Source: Vicinamibacteria bacterium (GTDB lineage Bacteria; Acidobacteriota; Vicinamibacteria; Marinacidobacterales; Marinacidobacteraceae). From it: a stretch of 64,000 nt of DNA. Positions within the stretch are counted from its first letter, which is position 1. The number at the start of each line of letters is the position of its first letter. Under the pieces are notes generated by a model. The model ran no database searches. It was not told where the DNA came from and worked only from the letters and a program-made list of their open reading frames with translations. Below, piece by piece: positions 42,649 through 52,126 of this stretch. The stretch is from positions 1,056,001-1,120,000 of the forward strand of contig OY821641.1 of the NCBI GenBank assembly GCA_963555995.3, in the 5' to 3' direction. Position numbers and translations under genes: made by a program.

Positions 42649-43377
42649 TCAGAGGCGGCTGAGGAAGCTCCGCAGCCGGTCGCTCCGGGGCCGGTCGAGG
42701 ATCTCCGCCGGCGGGCCGCACTCGAGGATCTCGCCGTCCGCGAGGAAGGCGATCCGGTCGGCGGCTTCGCGGGCGAAGGCGATCTCGTGGGTCGCGATCA
42801 GCATCGCGACTCCGTCCTCCTTCAGGGAGCGGATGACCCGGAGCACGCTGCCGACCAGTTCCGGGTCGAGGGCGCTGGTCGGCTCGTCGAGGAGCAGGAT
42901 GCGGGGTTTGAGCGCCAGCGCCCGGGCGATGGCCACCCGCTGTTGCTGGCCGCCCGAGAGTTCGTCGGGCATCGCGGTGGTCCGGTCGCCGAGCCCCACC
43001 CGTTCGAGCGCCTCGCGGGCGGCGGTCTCGGCCTCGCCCTGGCGCAGCCCCGCCGCGCGGCGGGGCGCGAGGGCGGCGTTGTCGAGCGCGTTCAGGTGCG
43101 GGTAGAGGTTGAACGCCTGGAAGACCATGCCCATCCGGCGCCGCACGGACGCGAGTTCGGCGCCGCCCGCCGGGACCGGATTGCCTTCGAAAAGGACGTC
43201 TCCGGCGTCGGGCTCGGTGAGGCGGTTGCAGCAGCGGAGCAGCGTGCTCTTCCCGGAGCCGGAGGGTCCGATGAGCGCGACCAGTTCGGAAGTCCCCACC
43301 GCGAGGTGGATGTCCCGGAGGGCAGGGACCCCGGCGAAGGTCTTGCCGACCCCGCGGAGTTCCAGGACCGCGCTCAC
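42649..43377 (-). CDS. Polar amino-acid ABC transporter ATP-binding protein
   Basis: GPSGSGKST, LSGGQQQRVAIARAL and LLDEPTSALDPE motifs; GTG start overlaps the SBP stop. Confidence 0.95.
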   Translation of the reverse strand: MSAVLELRGVGKTFAGVPALRDIHLAVGTSELVALIGPSGSGKSTLLRCCNRLTEPDAGDVLFEGNPVPAGGAELASVRRRMGMVFQAFNLYPHLNALDNAALAPRRAAGLRQGEAETAAREALERVGLGDRTTAMPDELSGGQQQRVAIARALALKPRILLLDEPTSALDPELVGSVLRVIRSLKEDGVAMLIATHEIAFAREAADRIAFLADGEILECGPPAEILDRPRSDRLRSFLSRL

Positions 43378-44240
43378 CCGCAGGGCTCGCGTCCCGGCGT
43401 CTCCTGGAATCCGGAAAGCCCGGGCGGCCCGAACCCCGGATACGCGGTGACGGCGGCGGAGCCGGGGGCCGGGGCCACCCCGAGCCACTGCTCGTGGATG
43501 CGGGCGATGGCGCCGTCCACCTTCATGCACTCCAGGATCGTCTCGACCCGGTTGCGCGTCTCCACGTCGTCGTTCCGGAAGGCGACGGCGAAGGCGGTCT
43601 CCGCCCGGATGCGGAAGTCGGCGCGCACCCCGGCGTTCCGGCGGACCGCCCACATCGCGACCGACTCGCCGACCAGGTTGGCGAACGCCCGGCCGGAGAG
43701 GACGGCCTGCACCGCGTCGGCGTTCTTCCCGTAGCGGAGTACCTCGAACCCGAGTTCCTCGTGGTTGTCGGTGGCCCAGAGGTCGTAGGCCGAGCCGTTG
43801 TTCACCGCGACCTGTTGCCCCCGGAGCTGCTCGAGATCGGTCAGCTCGGGTTCGTCGGCGCGGCGGAGGAAGACCGGGTCGGTATCCAGATACCCCTCGG
43901 TCAGCAGGACGCGTTCGGCGCGGCCCTCGGTGATCGTGGTGGGGGCGATCACGAACTCGAACTTCCTCGCGTAGAGCCCCGAGAAAATGGAGGACCACTC
44001 CGAGTCCACGATCTCGAACCCCGGCCGGCCCAGCCGCGCCGCGATCTCGCGGGCGAGGTCCACGTTGAAGCCCTCGATCTCGCCGTTCGCGGCCATCATC
44101 GCGTGCGGCGCGAACCCCACGTCGGCGGCGACCACCAGGGGGCCCTCGCCTTCGACCTCGGGAGATCCTCCGCAACCGGAGAGGACCAGGAGCGCGGCCG
44201 GAAGGACGCCGACGCGCCCGCCTCGGAACATCCGGCTCAT
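43374..44240 (-). CDS. ABC transporter substrate-binding lipoprotein (family 3)
   Basis: Lipobox LSGC; FAPH...EGFNVDL and TITEGR motifs. Confidence 0.92.
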   Translation of the reverse strand: MSRMFRGGRVGVLPAALLVLSGCGGSPEVEGEGPLVVAADVGFAPHAMMAANGEIEGFNVDLAREIAARLGRPGFEIVDSEWSSIFSGLYARKFEFVIAPTTITEGRAERVLLTEGYLDTDPVFLRRADEPELTDLEQLRGQQVAVNNGSAYDLWATDNHEELGFEVLRYGKNADAVQAVLSGRAFANLVGESVAMWAVRRNAGVRADFRIRAETAFAVAFRNDDVETRNRVETILECMKVDGAIARIHEQWLGVAPAPGSAAVTAYPGFGPPGLSGFQETPGREPCG

Positions 44241-45817
44241 GGTACCCGGCGGCGGAACACTCCCGCGGCGACCCCCGAGAAGAAGCTCATCAGGGCGCTC
44301 CCCGCGATCAGGCCGCCCGCGAGGATGTACCGCGGCGAGTCATACCGGTCGCCGGTGCGCCAGCTCACGATCCGCCGGACGAGGAGCGCCGCGAGCGCGG
44401 TCCAGCCGGCGGCCGGGTTGACGACCAGGAGGCCGGTGGCGAAGAGGACCCCCATCTGCCGGCTGGCTCCGCCGAGGAACTGGAGGACGGCCCCCGGGAC
44501 CGCCCAGACCGCGAGCTGACGCGCCAAGTCGGGATTCTGACCCGCGGCGATGGTCGCCACCGCCACCCGGTCGTAGGGCGGGAAGAGGTCCGCCTCGAAG
44601 TAGGAGGCGTAGGTGAGGAGCACCAGTCCCGCGGCCACCAGCAGCCCGAAGACCTCGGCGCTCCGCTGCGCGAGCCGCCCCTGGCGCTCGTAGTCCGGGT
44701 CCTCGCCGTGGCCCCGGAGGATCCAGCCCGCCTTCAGGTCGTAACCCATGTCGGCGAAGGCGGGCCCGGTGGCCGACGCGAAGCCGGTCAGGAGGACCAG
44801 CGCGAGCGGCGGGAACCCGAGCAGCATTCCCAGGAGCAGGAAGATGAGCGAGGTCGCGAAGGCCGGGAACCAGCCGGAGTGCATCGCCGCGACCCCGCAG
44901 AGGAGTTCCGAAATGAGCGCGGCGGCCGCCGCGAAGAGGGCGAAGGCGACCACGCCGGGAATCCCCATCCCCGTCAGCAACCCGCCGAGAACCGCGACGA
45001 GGGCCGCCGCCGCCGCAAAGCCGGAATACCCCTTCGCGAACGTCGAGAGTCCGGGCGGGGGTCCGGCGGCGGGCGGGGCGGCCCGCGGTCCCTGCCGGCC
45101 GCGGATCGCCCGGCCCATCTGCCAGAGCGCCACCGCCCCCGCGCCGAGCATGATCCCGTGCGGGGCATGGATGGCGGCGAGGTCCAGTCCGAGCACCGGC
45201 GGGGCGTAGCCGCGGGCGAGGAGCCCCAGCCCGAACATCAGCAGGGCCACCTGGTTCCCGATCCAGCAGACGCCCACGATGTCGGTGGGGATGCCCGCCA
45301 GCCGCCCGAGGGCTCCCGCGACCCCGCCGGCGACCAGCAGGGTCGCCCGCCGGCCCCCTTCGTCGCCGGCGCGCAGGCATTCGGCGGTGGCGATCCCGGA
45401 GGGCCAGAGCCCCTCCGCCGGGAACACCCGGCTCCCGAAGAGCCGATAGAGCAGCGCGATGTCGAGCAGCGCCCCGAGCACCGCGCCCAGGATCATCACC
45501 GGGACGAGGTCGGGCCGGCCGAAGAGCCACACCATCCCGGCGGGAAGGAGGACCGCGTTCGCGCCCCCGAAGGTCGCCGCCGAGATGACCGTCTGGAGCA
45601 GGTTCTGCCGCGCGGTGCTCCGGAAACGCCGGGTGAGGGCGAGCGGGAGGCGCCCCACCGCGATGGCGATGACGGCGGCGATGATGGAGCTGTTCGGACT
45701 GATCCCGACGCGGGTCAACAGCTCCATCCCGATGATGGCCCCGAGCAGCGCCAGCCCCGCCCCGAACAACAGCGTCCCCGGCTCGAACAGGCTCGGGTGC
45801 CGCCGCGGCTCAGCCAT
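44237..45817 (-). CDS. OPT/YSL-family transporter
   Basis: RQNLLQTVISAATFG, AMHSGWFPAFA and TGPAFADMGYDLKAGW motifs; many TM segments. Confidence 0.85.
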   Translation of the reverse strand: MAEPRRHPSLFEPGTLLFGAGLALLGAIIGMELLTRVGISPNSSIIAAVIAIAVGRLPLALTRRFRSTARQNLLQTVISAATFGGANAVLLPAGMVWLFGRPDLVPVMILGAVLGALLDIALLYRLFGSRVFPAEGLWPSGIATAECLRAGDEGGRRATLLVAGGVAGALGRLAGIPTDIVGVCWIGNQVALLMFGLGLLARGYAPPVLGLDLAAIHAPHGIMLGAGAVALWQMGRAIRGRQGPRAAPPAAGPPPGLSTFAKGYSGFAAAAALVAVLGGLLTGMGIPGVVAFALFAAAAALISELLCGVAAMHSGWFPAFATSLIFLLLGMLLGFPPLALVLLTGFASATGPAFADMGYDLKAGWILRGHGEDPDYERQGRLAQRSAEVFGLLVAAGLVLLTYASYFEADLFPPYDRVAVATIAAGQNPDLARQLAVWAVPGAVLQFLGGASRQMGVLFATGLLVVNPAAGWTALAALLVRRIVSWRTGDRYDSPRYILAGGLIAGSALMSFFSGVAAGVFRRRVP

Positions 45818-45885
45818 GCGCGCCGAAGTATGCGGGAGGTGGCCCCCCGGTTTGGGAGCCGACCTCTGGCCGGGTCGACGGCGTG

Positions 45886-46000
45886 CCGGCTTGGAACGCC
45901 GGTCTCCAGACCGGCACGCGCGGCGCTCCGCGCCGCGCACGGCGTAACGCCAGCGGCGACGGAGGGCGTCTCCGGCTTGGAACGCCGGCTTCAGCCGGCA
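45886..46000. repeat. REP-like hairpin pair
   Basis: CCGGCTTGGAACGCCGGTCTCCAGACCGGC and CCGGCTTGGAACGCCGGCTTCAGCCGGC. Confidence 0.8.
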
Positions 46001-46069
46001 TCGTCCGCCGTGAGGCGCACGGACCTCCGGTCCGGGTGAGCGTGAAGAGCGTGCTCCGTCCGATGTCCC

Positions 46070-46441
46070 GAATGACAGGAGCTCCGGGGTCACCCATAGC
46101 GCTAGTGACAGGAGCTCGGCCGGGGAGACTCCCGTAGTGACAGTAGCTCGGGGTCCGCAGACCCGATTAGTGACAGGAGCTGGTCCGTCGAGACTCCCGT
46201 AGTGACAGGAGCTCGGGGTCCGCAGACCCGATTAGTGACAGGAGCTGGTCCGTCGAGACTCCCGTAGTGACAGGAGCTCGGGGTCCGCAGGTCCGATTAG
46301 TGACAGGAGCTCGGTCGTCGAGACTCCCGTAGTGACAGGAGCTCGGGGCCCGCAGACCCGATTAGTGACAGGAGCTCGGTCGTCGAGACTCCCGTAGTGA
46401 CAGGAGCTCGGGGCCCGCAGACCCGATTAGTGACAGGAGCT
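46070..46441. repeat. Array of 14-bp TAGTGACAGGAGCT repeats with two alternating spacers (32/33-bp period, 65-bp super-unit)
   Basis: Repeat starts at 46103, 46135, 46168, 46200, 46233, 46265, 46298, 46330, 46363, 46395 and 46428, plus a degenerate copy near 46070. Confidence 0.95.
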
Positions 46442-46512
46442 TCGCCGCGGGCCTCGTTGTTCTGCTGGACGGAAAAACGCGGCGCGTTACACGGTGAGAG
46501 GCGGCGGAACCG

Positions 46513-48495
46513 TCACTCCGCGCTCGGCCCCTCCTCCCAGATATGCCGCGCGAACCACTCCCAGTTGTGCACCATCGCCGCCAGTCGCTCCCGCGGCTTC
46601 GTGATCCCGTGGCCGAACCCCTTGTAGATGATGAGCTGCGTCTCGACCCCGACATCCTGCAGCCCCTGGTACAGCTCGTAGGCGTTCGGCGTCGGCACCC
46701 GGGCGTCGAACTCGCCGTGCTGGATCAGCGTCGGCGTGCTCGCCTGGTTGATGGTTGTCATGGGGGAGGTCTTCGCGTAGATCTCCGGATCGTCCCAGGG
46801 CGTGGCCTTCAGGTACTCGCGCGTGAACCCGTGGATGTCGGTGTTCACGTAGTAGGTCATCCAGTTCGAGATGCCGGCGCCCACCGAGATCGCCCGGAAG
46901 CGGTCGCTGTTCGTGGTGAGGAAGGCGGAGATGTAGCCGCCCTGGCTCCACCCCATCGCCGCCACGCGGTCCGGGTCGGCGACCCCCCGCTCCACGAGCG
47001 CCTCGACCCCGGACAGCACGTCCCACGCGTCGCCGACGCCGAGGTTCCGTACGTTGAGCGCGCGGAACTCCTCGCCGTAGCCCGCCGAGCCGCGGTAGTT
47101 GGGCATCATCACGACGGCGCCCTTCTTCAGCCATTCCAGAGCCGGATAGACGTAGCCACCGACAAGCTGCGGCCGGGAGGTGCCGGTCGGCCCACCGTGG
47201 ATGATCACCATGAGCGGGTACGTGCGCGCCGGGTCGTAACCGGGAGGCTTCATCACCACCCCCTCGATCTCCGCGCCGTCCTCGCTGTTCCAGGTGATGA
47301 CTTCGCGGCTGCCCAGGTCGCCCCACGCGGCCACCTGGGCGGTCATGTCGGTGACCCGCTCGGGCGCGCCCGCGCCCCGCGCCCAGCGGAAGATCTCCCC
47401 GACCGTGGTGCGGTCCTCGCCCTGGAGCGCGAAGGTGGAGCCGTCGCGGGAAACGTCCGCCGCCGCGATCATCTCGGGGGTGTCGAGAGCCAGCGCGACC
47501 TCACCCGATTCGGGATCCATCACGAACAGTTGGCGCGCCGTGCGCTGGGAGGCGATGAAGAAGACACCCTCGTCGTTCCACGCCAGCGCGGACGGGTTCT
47601 CGTCGAAACCGGCGGTCAGGATGCGCGACGCGCCGCCCGCCGCGGGGACGACCGCGAGTTCGGAGTTCCCGTAGTATGGACTCGCGTCCGCGGAGGTGGA
47701 GAAGAGCACGCGCCCGCCGTCCGGGGACCACAGCGGCCCCCGCTGGCGTCCAGGATCGGTGACGAGTGGCCGGACCGTGGCGTTCGCGACCTCGACGACC
47801 GAGACGTCGGTCTCCCGGAATGAGTTGACCTGGGGCGTGGGAGCGTGGTCGAAGGCGATCTCGCTGCCGTCCGGCGACCACGCGAACGTCCCGACGTGGA
47901 AGTCGCCCTCGGTCAGCCGGCGGGACTCCGCTCCGGCCCGCGTTTCGGTCACCCAGAGGTGGGCCATGCGGAAGTCGGTGTCTTCGACGGCGTAGTCGCC
48001 GTAGGTCTCCTCCCGCTCCTCGAACTCGTCAGGAGCCGGGTCGGTGGCCACGAACGCGATCCGGGAGCCGTCCGGCGAGAACCGGAAGGAGTTGATCCCG
48101 CCCTCGTGGGAGGTGAGCCGCACGGCCTCGCCGCCCGCCGGCCGGATGAGATGGATCTGCCGGCCGTCGCCGCGGTCCGCGATGAACCCGAGGCGAAACC
48201 CGTCCGGCGACCACCGTTGGCCGGTGCTGCTCCCGTCTTCGGTGTGGGTGAGCTGGAAGGGCTCGCCTTCGGCGGGAGCCAGCCAGATCTCCCGGTCGAA
48301 GCGGTTGTTCTCCCAGTCGGTCGAGCTGACCGTGTAAGCGATCATCGTCCCGTCGGGCGAGATGCGCGGCCCGCTCGCCGACTTCAGCGAGATCTGGGCC
48401 TTGAACGCCTCCACGACGGGCGATGGTTCCTCGGCAACGGCGACCCCGGCGAGGATGGCGGCGGCAAACAGGACGATGAGCGGGCTACGGCGCAT
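46513..48495 (-). CDS. S9 family peptidase (acylaminoacyl/dipeptidyl peptidase-like), exported
   Basis: Signal peptide, WSPDG repeats, IHGGP, GWSQGG, D and H catalytic residues (HGEFDARV, GFGH). Confidence 0.93.
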   Translation of the reverse strand: MRRSPLIVLFAAAILAGVAVAEEPSPVVEAFKAQISLKSASGPRISPDGTMIAYTVSSTDWENNRFDREIWLAPAEGEPFQLTHTEDGSSTGQRWSPDGFRLGFIADRGDGRQIHLIRPAGGEAVRLTSHEGGINSFRFSPDGSRIAFVATDPAPDEFEEREETYGDYAVEDTDFRMAHLWVTETRAGAESRRLTEGDFHVGTFAWSPDGSEIAFDHAPTPQVNSFRETDVSVVEVANATVRPLVTDPGRQRGPLWSPDGGRVLFSTSADASPYYGNSELAVVPAAGGASRILTAGFDENPSALAWNDEGVFFIASQRTARQLFVMDPESGEVALALDTPEMIAAADVSRDGSTFALQGEDRTTVGEIFRWARGAGAPERVTDMTAQVAAWGDLGSREVITWNSEDGAEIEGVVMKPPGYDPARTYPLMVIIHGGPTGTSRPQLVGGYVYPALEWLKKGAVVMMPNYRGSAGYGEEFRALNVRNLGVGDAWDVLSGVEALVERGVADPDRVAAMGWSQGGYISAFLTTNSDRFRAISVGAGISNWMTYYVNTDIHGFTREYLKATPWDDPEIYAKTSPMTTINQASTPTLIQHGEFDARVPTPNAYELYQGLQDVGVETQLIIYKGFGHGITKPRERLAAMVHNWEWFARHIWEEGPSAE

Positions 48496-48563
48496 GACTT
48501 CCTCCCCTCGCGAACAGCGGGCTGGTGGTGCGTCTTCCGATGGTACCCGTGCCGACGGCACTA

Positions 48564-48714
48564 CCGGCTTGGAACGCCGGTCTCCAGACCGGCACGCGCG
48601 GCGCTCCGCGCCGCGCACGGCGCAAGGGCAACTCGCCCTGAAGGCAACCACGGCTCGGAGCGCCGGCCTCCGGCCGGCATCGGCCGCCGCGAGGCGGTCG
48701 AAACTGCGAGACGC
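48564..48714. repeat. 151-bp REP-containing direct repeat, left copy
   Basis: Near-identical to 50175-50325 (about 8 mismatches by eye). Confidence 0.88.
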
Positions 48715-48725
48715 CTCTCGCCAAG

Positions 48726-49742
48726 CTACCGGACGGTCCCCTGTTCCCCCTGGAAGCACCCGATGAACATGTTCTCCCCGGTGGCCGCCGCGTGGTAGTG
48801 ATACCCGCGGACCTCGTCGCGATGTCCGCGGCAGCCGTCGAGGTCGGCCGGTTCGGTCCCGTCCGCGTTCAGCCTTCCCAGGATCGCGTACCCGTCCATG
48901 GCGTAACCGATCATGGCGGCGTGCCCATCGTCCGGAGGAACGCTCTCGGCGCAGCCGGTGGCGGCGTGGTAGTGGTAGCCCTCGACGGGGTTCACGTGCC
49001 CGCCGCAATCGTCGAACGGCGCGATCGTGTAGGCCCCCAGGATGGCGTTGACCGGCGCGGGAGGCCCGAGGACCACGCCGTTGAGCGCGACGCCGACGTC
49101 GCGGCGGATGGGAACAGGAGACGCCAGCGGGACCGGTTCGGCTGGAATCAGCAGCGTCTGCGACACGCCGCCGCCGTAGTAGTCAATCGAGCACTCGACG
49201 CAATGGTTCCGGTATCGCGGGTCCACGTTCGGGCGCGCCGCCGACTCGCAGGCGAACTGGGTATCCGTGACGTTCACCTCGCCTGACTCGGGGTCGTAGA
49301 GGAGCCAGTTGTCGTCCCCGTACAGGTCGGCGAGGTTGACGATGAAGTTCCCGTCCATCTCGTACACCTGACCGCTGCCGTCGAACCAGATGCCGCCCTC
49401 CTCGGCCGTCGCATGGATCGTCGCCGGGCAGAACGGACCGATGCGGTGGTTGGCCGGCGCCCCCGCGATCTCGATCCGATAGCACGAGGCCTGGGTTCCA
49501 CCGGAGAGCACGCACGACTCCGTATCGACCGCGGAGACCAGCGCCCCGCCGACGAACAGCTCCGGGTTCAGCCCGGGAGTTTCGGTGTCGGTGTTCGGGG
49601 TGCTGACGGCGGCGCCAGGTGCGGTGGGGGTGCCGGTCGGCTCGGTTGCGGCGTCGCCATCGCAGCCGCCCGCGGCGACCAGTGCGGCCACGGCGGCGGC
49701 AGCCACCACGGTTTTGCTGACGAGAACTGCGGACGCGTGCAT
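48726..49742 (-). CDS. YHYH-domain lipoprotein
   Basis: Lipobox AGGC; GVALNGV, DDCGGH, GYHYH twice, IGYAMDGY. Confidence 0.88.
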   Translation of the reverse strand: MHASAVLVSKTVVAAAAVAALVAAGGCDGDAATEPTGTPTAPGAAVSTPNTDTETPGLNPELFVGGALVSAVDTESCVLSGGTQASCYRIEIAGAPANHRIGPFCPATIHATAEEGGIWFDGSGQVYEMDGNFIVNLADLYGDDNWLLYDPESGEVNVTDTQFACESAARPNVDPRYRNHCVECSIDYYGGGVSQTLLIPAEPVPLASPVPIRRDVGVALNGVVLGPPAPVNAILGAYTIAPFDDCGGHVNPVEGYHYHAATGCAESVPPDDGHAAMIGYAMDGYAILGRLNADGTEPADLDGCRGHRDEVRGYHYHAAATGENMFIGCFQGEQGTVR

Positions 49743-49857
49743 GTGAGACTGCTCCTTCGGATCGTCCGGGACAGGGAAAGACCTGCCGGCGTTGGAGCGC
49801 GTTCCGCATTCCGTATGCCAGCCCGCAGCGCCGCGGCCTCCGACCGCATGAACGCAT

Positions 49858-50139
49858 ATGCTCGAAACTATCCCGACAAACGACGAGCGCCGTAGCGGCA
49901 AGTCGCGCTGGAATCTTGTCGTGGCGGCCGAGACCGACCGCAGCGTTCGACGCTATCTGGCGCGTACCGGAGGCAGGAAGGGCGATCTGTCCCGCTTCGT
50001 TGAACGCGCTGTCCAACAGGCCATCTTCTGGGAGACCCTGGGTTCGATCTGGGAACGCAACCAGCACCTGACGGCCGTCGAGGTTCAGGATCTCGCCGAC
50101 CGCGCGGTGGCGGAAGGGATGCGCCGCCCGCAGTCGTAG
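49858..50139 (+). CDS. Ribbon-helix-helix DNA-binding protein
   Basis: RWNLVV beta strand, TDRSVRRYLA helix, GDLSRFVERAV helix. Confidence 0.75.
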   Translation: MLETIPTNDERRSGKSRWNLVVAAETDRSVRRYLARTGGRKGDLSRFVERAVQQAIFWETLGSIWERNQHLTAVEVQDLADRAVAEGMRRPQS

Positions 50140-50174
50140 CCGCGGAGGACCGAATCGCACCGAACGTGGCGCCG

Positions 50175-50325
50175 CCGGCCTGGAACGCCGGTCTCCAGAC
50201 CGGCACACGCGGCGCTCCGCGCCGCGCACGTCGCAAGGGCAACTCGCCCTGAAGGCAACCACGGCTCGGAGCGCCGGCCTCCGGCCGGCATCGCCCGCCG
50301 ACAGGCGGTCGAAACCGCGAAACGC
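50175..50325. repeat. 151-bp REP-containing direct repeat, right copy
   Basis: Near-identical to 48564-48714. Confidence 0.88.
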
Positions 50326-50390
50326 TCAAGAGGAAGCGCGAACCCTCGACCGCTTCCTTCGATGCGCGGTTCGACAACCGTGGGACAAGA

Positions 50391-50474
50391 TCGGCAGACT
50401 GAAAACCTGTTGTTCGGCCAAATGAAAATCCGACATTCGGCCAATCGAAAACAAAACATCCGGCCAATCGAAAG
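50391..50474. repeat. Four degenerate 23-bp-period repeats (YCGGCMRAYYGAAAR-like)
   Basis: Units at 50391, 50414, 50437 and 50460; AT-rich island. Confidence 0.75.
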
Positions 50475-50511
50475 ACAGGACGACTCCCGCGGCGTGCGGC
50501 AGCGGAACTCT

Positions 50512-50707
50512 CACCGGGAGAAACCCTGGGTGGCAGGGACGGTTTGGAACGCCGGCTTCAGCCGGCACAGCCCGCCGAAGGCGGGCGGCGAGACGAACCT
50601 CATTCGCCGGGACGGCTCGGCTGCGCTCGCCAACGCACCCGGGGTAACGACGAACCGCCTGCGGCCCTGCGGGCCGCGGTGCCGGCTGAAGCCGGCGTTC
50701 CAAGCCG
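50512..50707. repeat. REPIN-like inverted REP pair
   Basis: CACCGGGAGAAACC leader, TGGAACGCCGGCTTCAGCCGGCAC and its reverse complement. Confidence 0.8.
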
Positions 50708-50935
50708 GCGGCACCATCACGGCTGTCGGCCAACCCCGCGAAACGGCACTTTCACAGCAAGCCCGCGCTGATCGCGTTGTCCTCTTCGGCCGCGATCTGG
50801 CCAATTCTCCTGGTGGGGCCGTGCACATCGCCATGGCTGCGCAGCAGCACAGCGAACGTCGGAACCGGTGCTTTGCAGAATCGCGCCACGAGTTTCCAAT
50901 CGACCGAATGCGCCCGCCTGGTGGCGCCGACGGGT

Positions 50936-51652
50936 TCAGCCGCGCTCCGCCTCGACCAACCTCCCCACGGCCTCCGCCAGCGCCCGCCGCGCGAGGACCA
51001 CGGGCTTTCCGGTAGCCCTCGCCACGGCTGACTCCAGGGGACCGTCGTAACCCAGGCAGTTCAGCCCGACGACGTCCACCTCGCGGAACTCCTCCGCCAG
51101 CCGTTCTTCCACTCCGCCGTCGGAATAGGGGGAAGCCACCCCGATGACGCACGGGCTCCCCTCGGGCACCCGCCGCCGCGCGTCCGCCTCCTGCCGGGGC
51201 TCCGGAATCAGCATCCCGACGGTGGCCCCGGTAGGCGTGGCCACCCGCAACGCGGCGTCAAAGACCGGCCCCGCCTTCACGAGTCCCCGCCGCGCCGCGA
51301 TTCCGCGGAACGGGCCCGTGCAGAGGATGGCCGTCACCTCGTCCGCCGGGACCGCCGCCACGAGCGCTGCCATCCGCTCCTCGACGAACTCCTCCCCGAC
51401 GACGACCTCCTCACCGCTCCGCAGCCGGGACACCAGCGGCATTTCGCCGTCGCCGGGCGCGCCCGCCTGCACCTGCTCCCGTGAGAGGCCGTCGAGCGCA
51501 CCCGCCTCCACGACCGCAATCCCATCCGCCGCGCCGCCCAGCATCCCCAGGATCTCCGGCACCACGTCCGGCCGCGGCGACTGGCCGATGGTCAGAAAGT
51601 GAACGGTCCGCACGGAGCCGCTACGAGGTGTTTCCGGAGTGAGCCGGCTCAC
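50936..51652 (-). CDS. AroM family protein
   Basis: TIGQSPRPDVVPE, GALDGL, LVSRLRSG, ILCTG, ASPY and LNCLGY motifs; start may lie further downstream. Confidence 0.88.
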   Translation of the reverse strand: MSRLTPETPRSGSVRTVHFLTIGQSPRPDVVPEILGMLGGAADGIAVVEAGALDGLSREQVQAGAPGDGEMPLVSRLRSGEEVVVGEEFVEERMAALVAAVPADEVTAILCTGPFRGIAARRGLVKAGPVFDAALRVATPTGATVGMLIPEPRQEADARRRVPEGSPCVIGVASPYSDGGVEERLAEEFREVDVVGLNCLGYDGPLESAVARATGKPVVLARRALAEAVGRLVEAERG

Positions 51653-51864
51653 GCCAGCATCAGGCGCTCGCCCTTCGGTTCCGGCACCGGATCACCGAAT
51701 TCCGTGGCGGTATCAATCCAGAGCGCGATCGCTTCCTTGACGTTCCGGATGGCGGCCTCCTGCGAGTCGCCGTGAGCCATGCAGCCGGGCAACTCGGGCA
51801 CCTCGGCCACGAACACGTCGTCTGCGCTGCTCCAGTAGAGGATGATTTCGTATCGGTAGTTCAC
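51649..51864 (-). CDS. hicB: HicB-family antitoxin (short form)
   Basis: YWSSADDVFVAEVPELPGCMAHGDSQEAA...PVPEPKG. Confidence 0.92.
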   Translation of the reverse strand: MNYRYEIILYWSSADDVFVAEVPELPGCMAHGDSQEAAIRNVKEAIALWIDTATEFGDPVPEPKGERLMLA

Positions 51865-52115
51865 GGGCGTGACCCCAAATCGTACTTCAGGAGCAGTTGA
51901 CGGACCTGGCGGACCTGATAGGGCTTCGCCATTCCGTTGTCGCGTTGCAGGGTGACTCGTTCGGCGATCCCTTCCTTACGGAAAATGTAGTGGCTTCCGC
52001 GGACTCGCTCGGTAAATCCCAGATTCCGCAGCAGAGTAAGCAACTCGGCAAAGCGGATGTTGGCGTCAGAGCGGCCCTCCAGAATCCGGAGGACCAGTGC
52101 CCGTCGCGCGGTCAT
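51861..52115 (-). CDS. hicA: HicA-family toxin
   Basis: NIRFAEL..LL..LGF...RGSHYIF...AKPYQVRQV. Confidence 0.9.
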   Translation of the reverse strand: MTARRALVLRILEGRSDANIRFAELLTLLRNLGFTERVRGSHYIFRKEGIAERVTLQRDNGMAKPYQVRQVRQLLLKYDLGSRP

Positions 52116-52126
52116 GGCAGTTCAGT

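Noticed and set aside
46070-46441. CRISPR array
   Set aside because: The repeat is only 14 bp, the spacers are 18-19 bp and recur as two alternating types, and there are no cas genes in the window.
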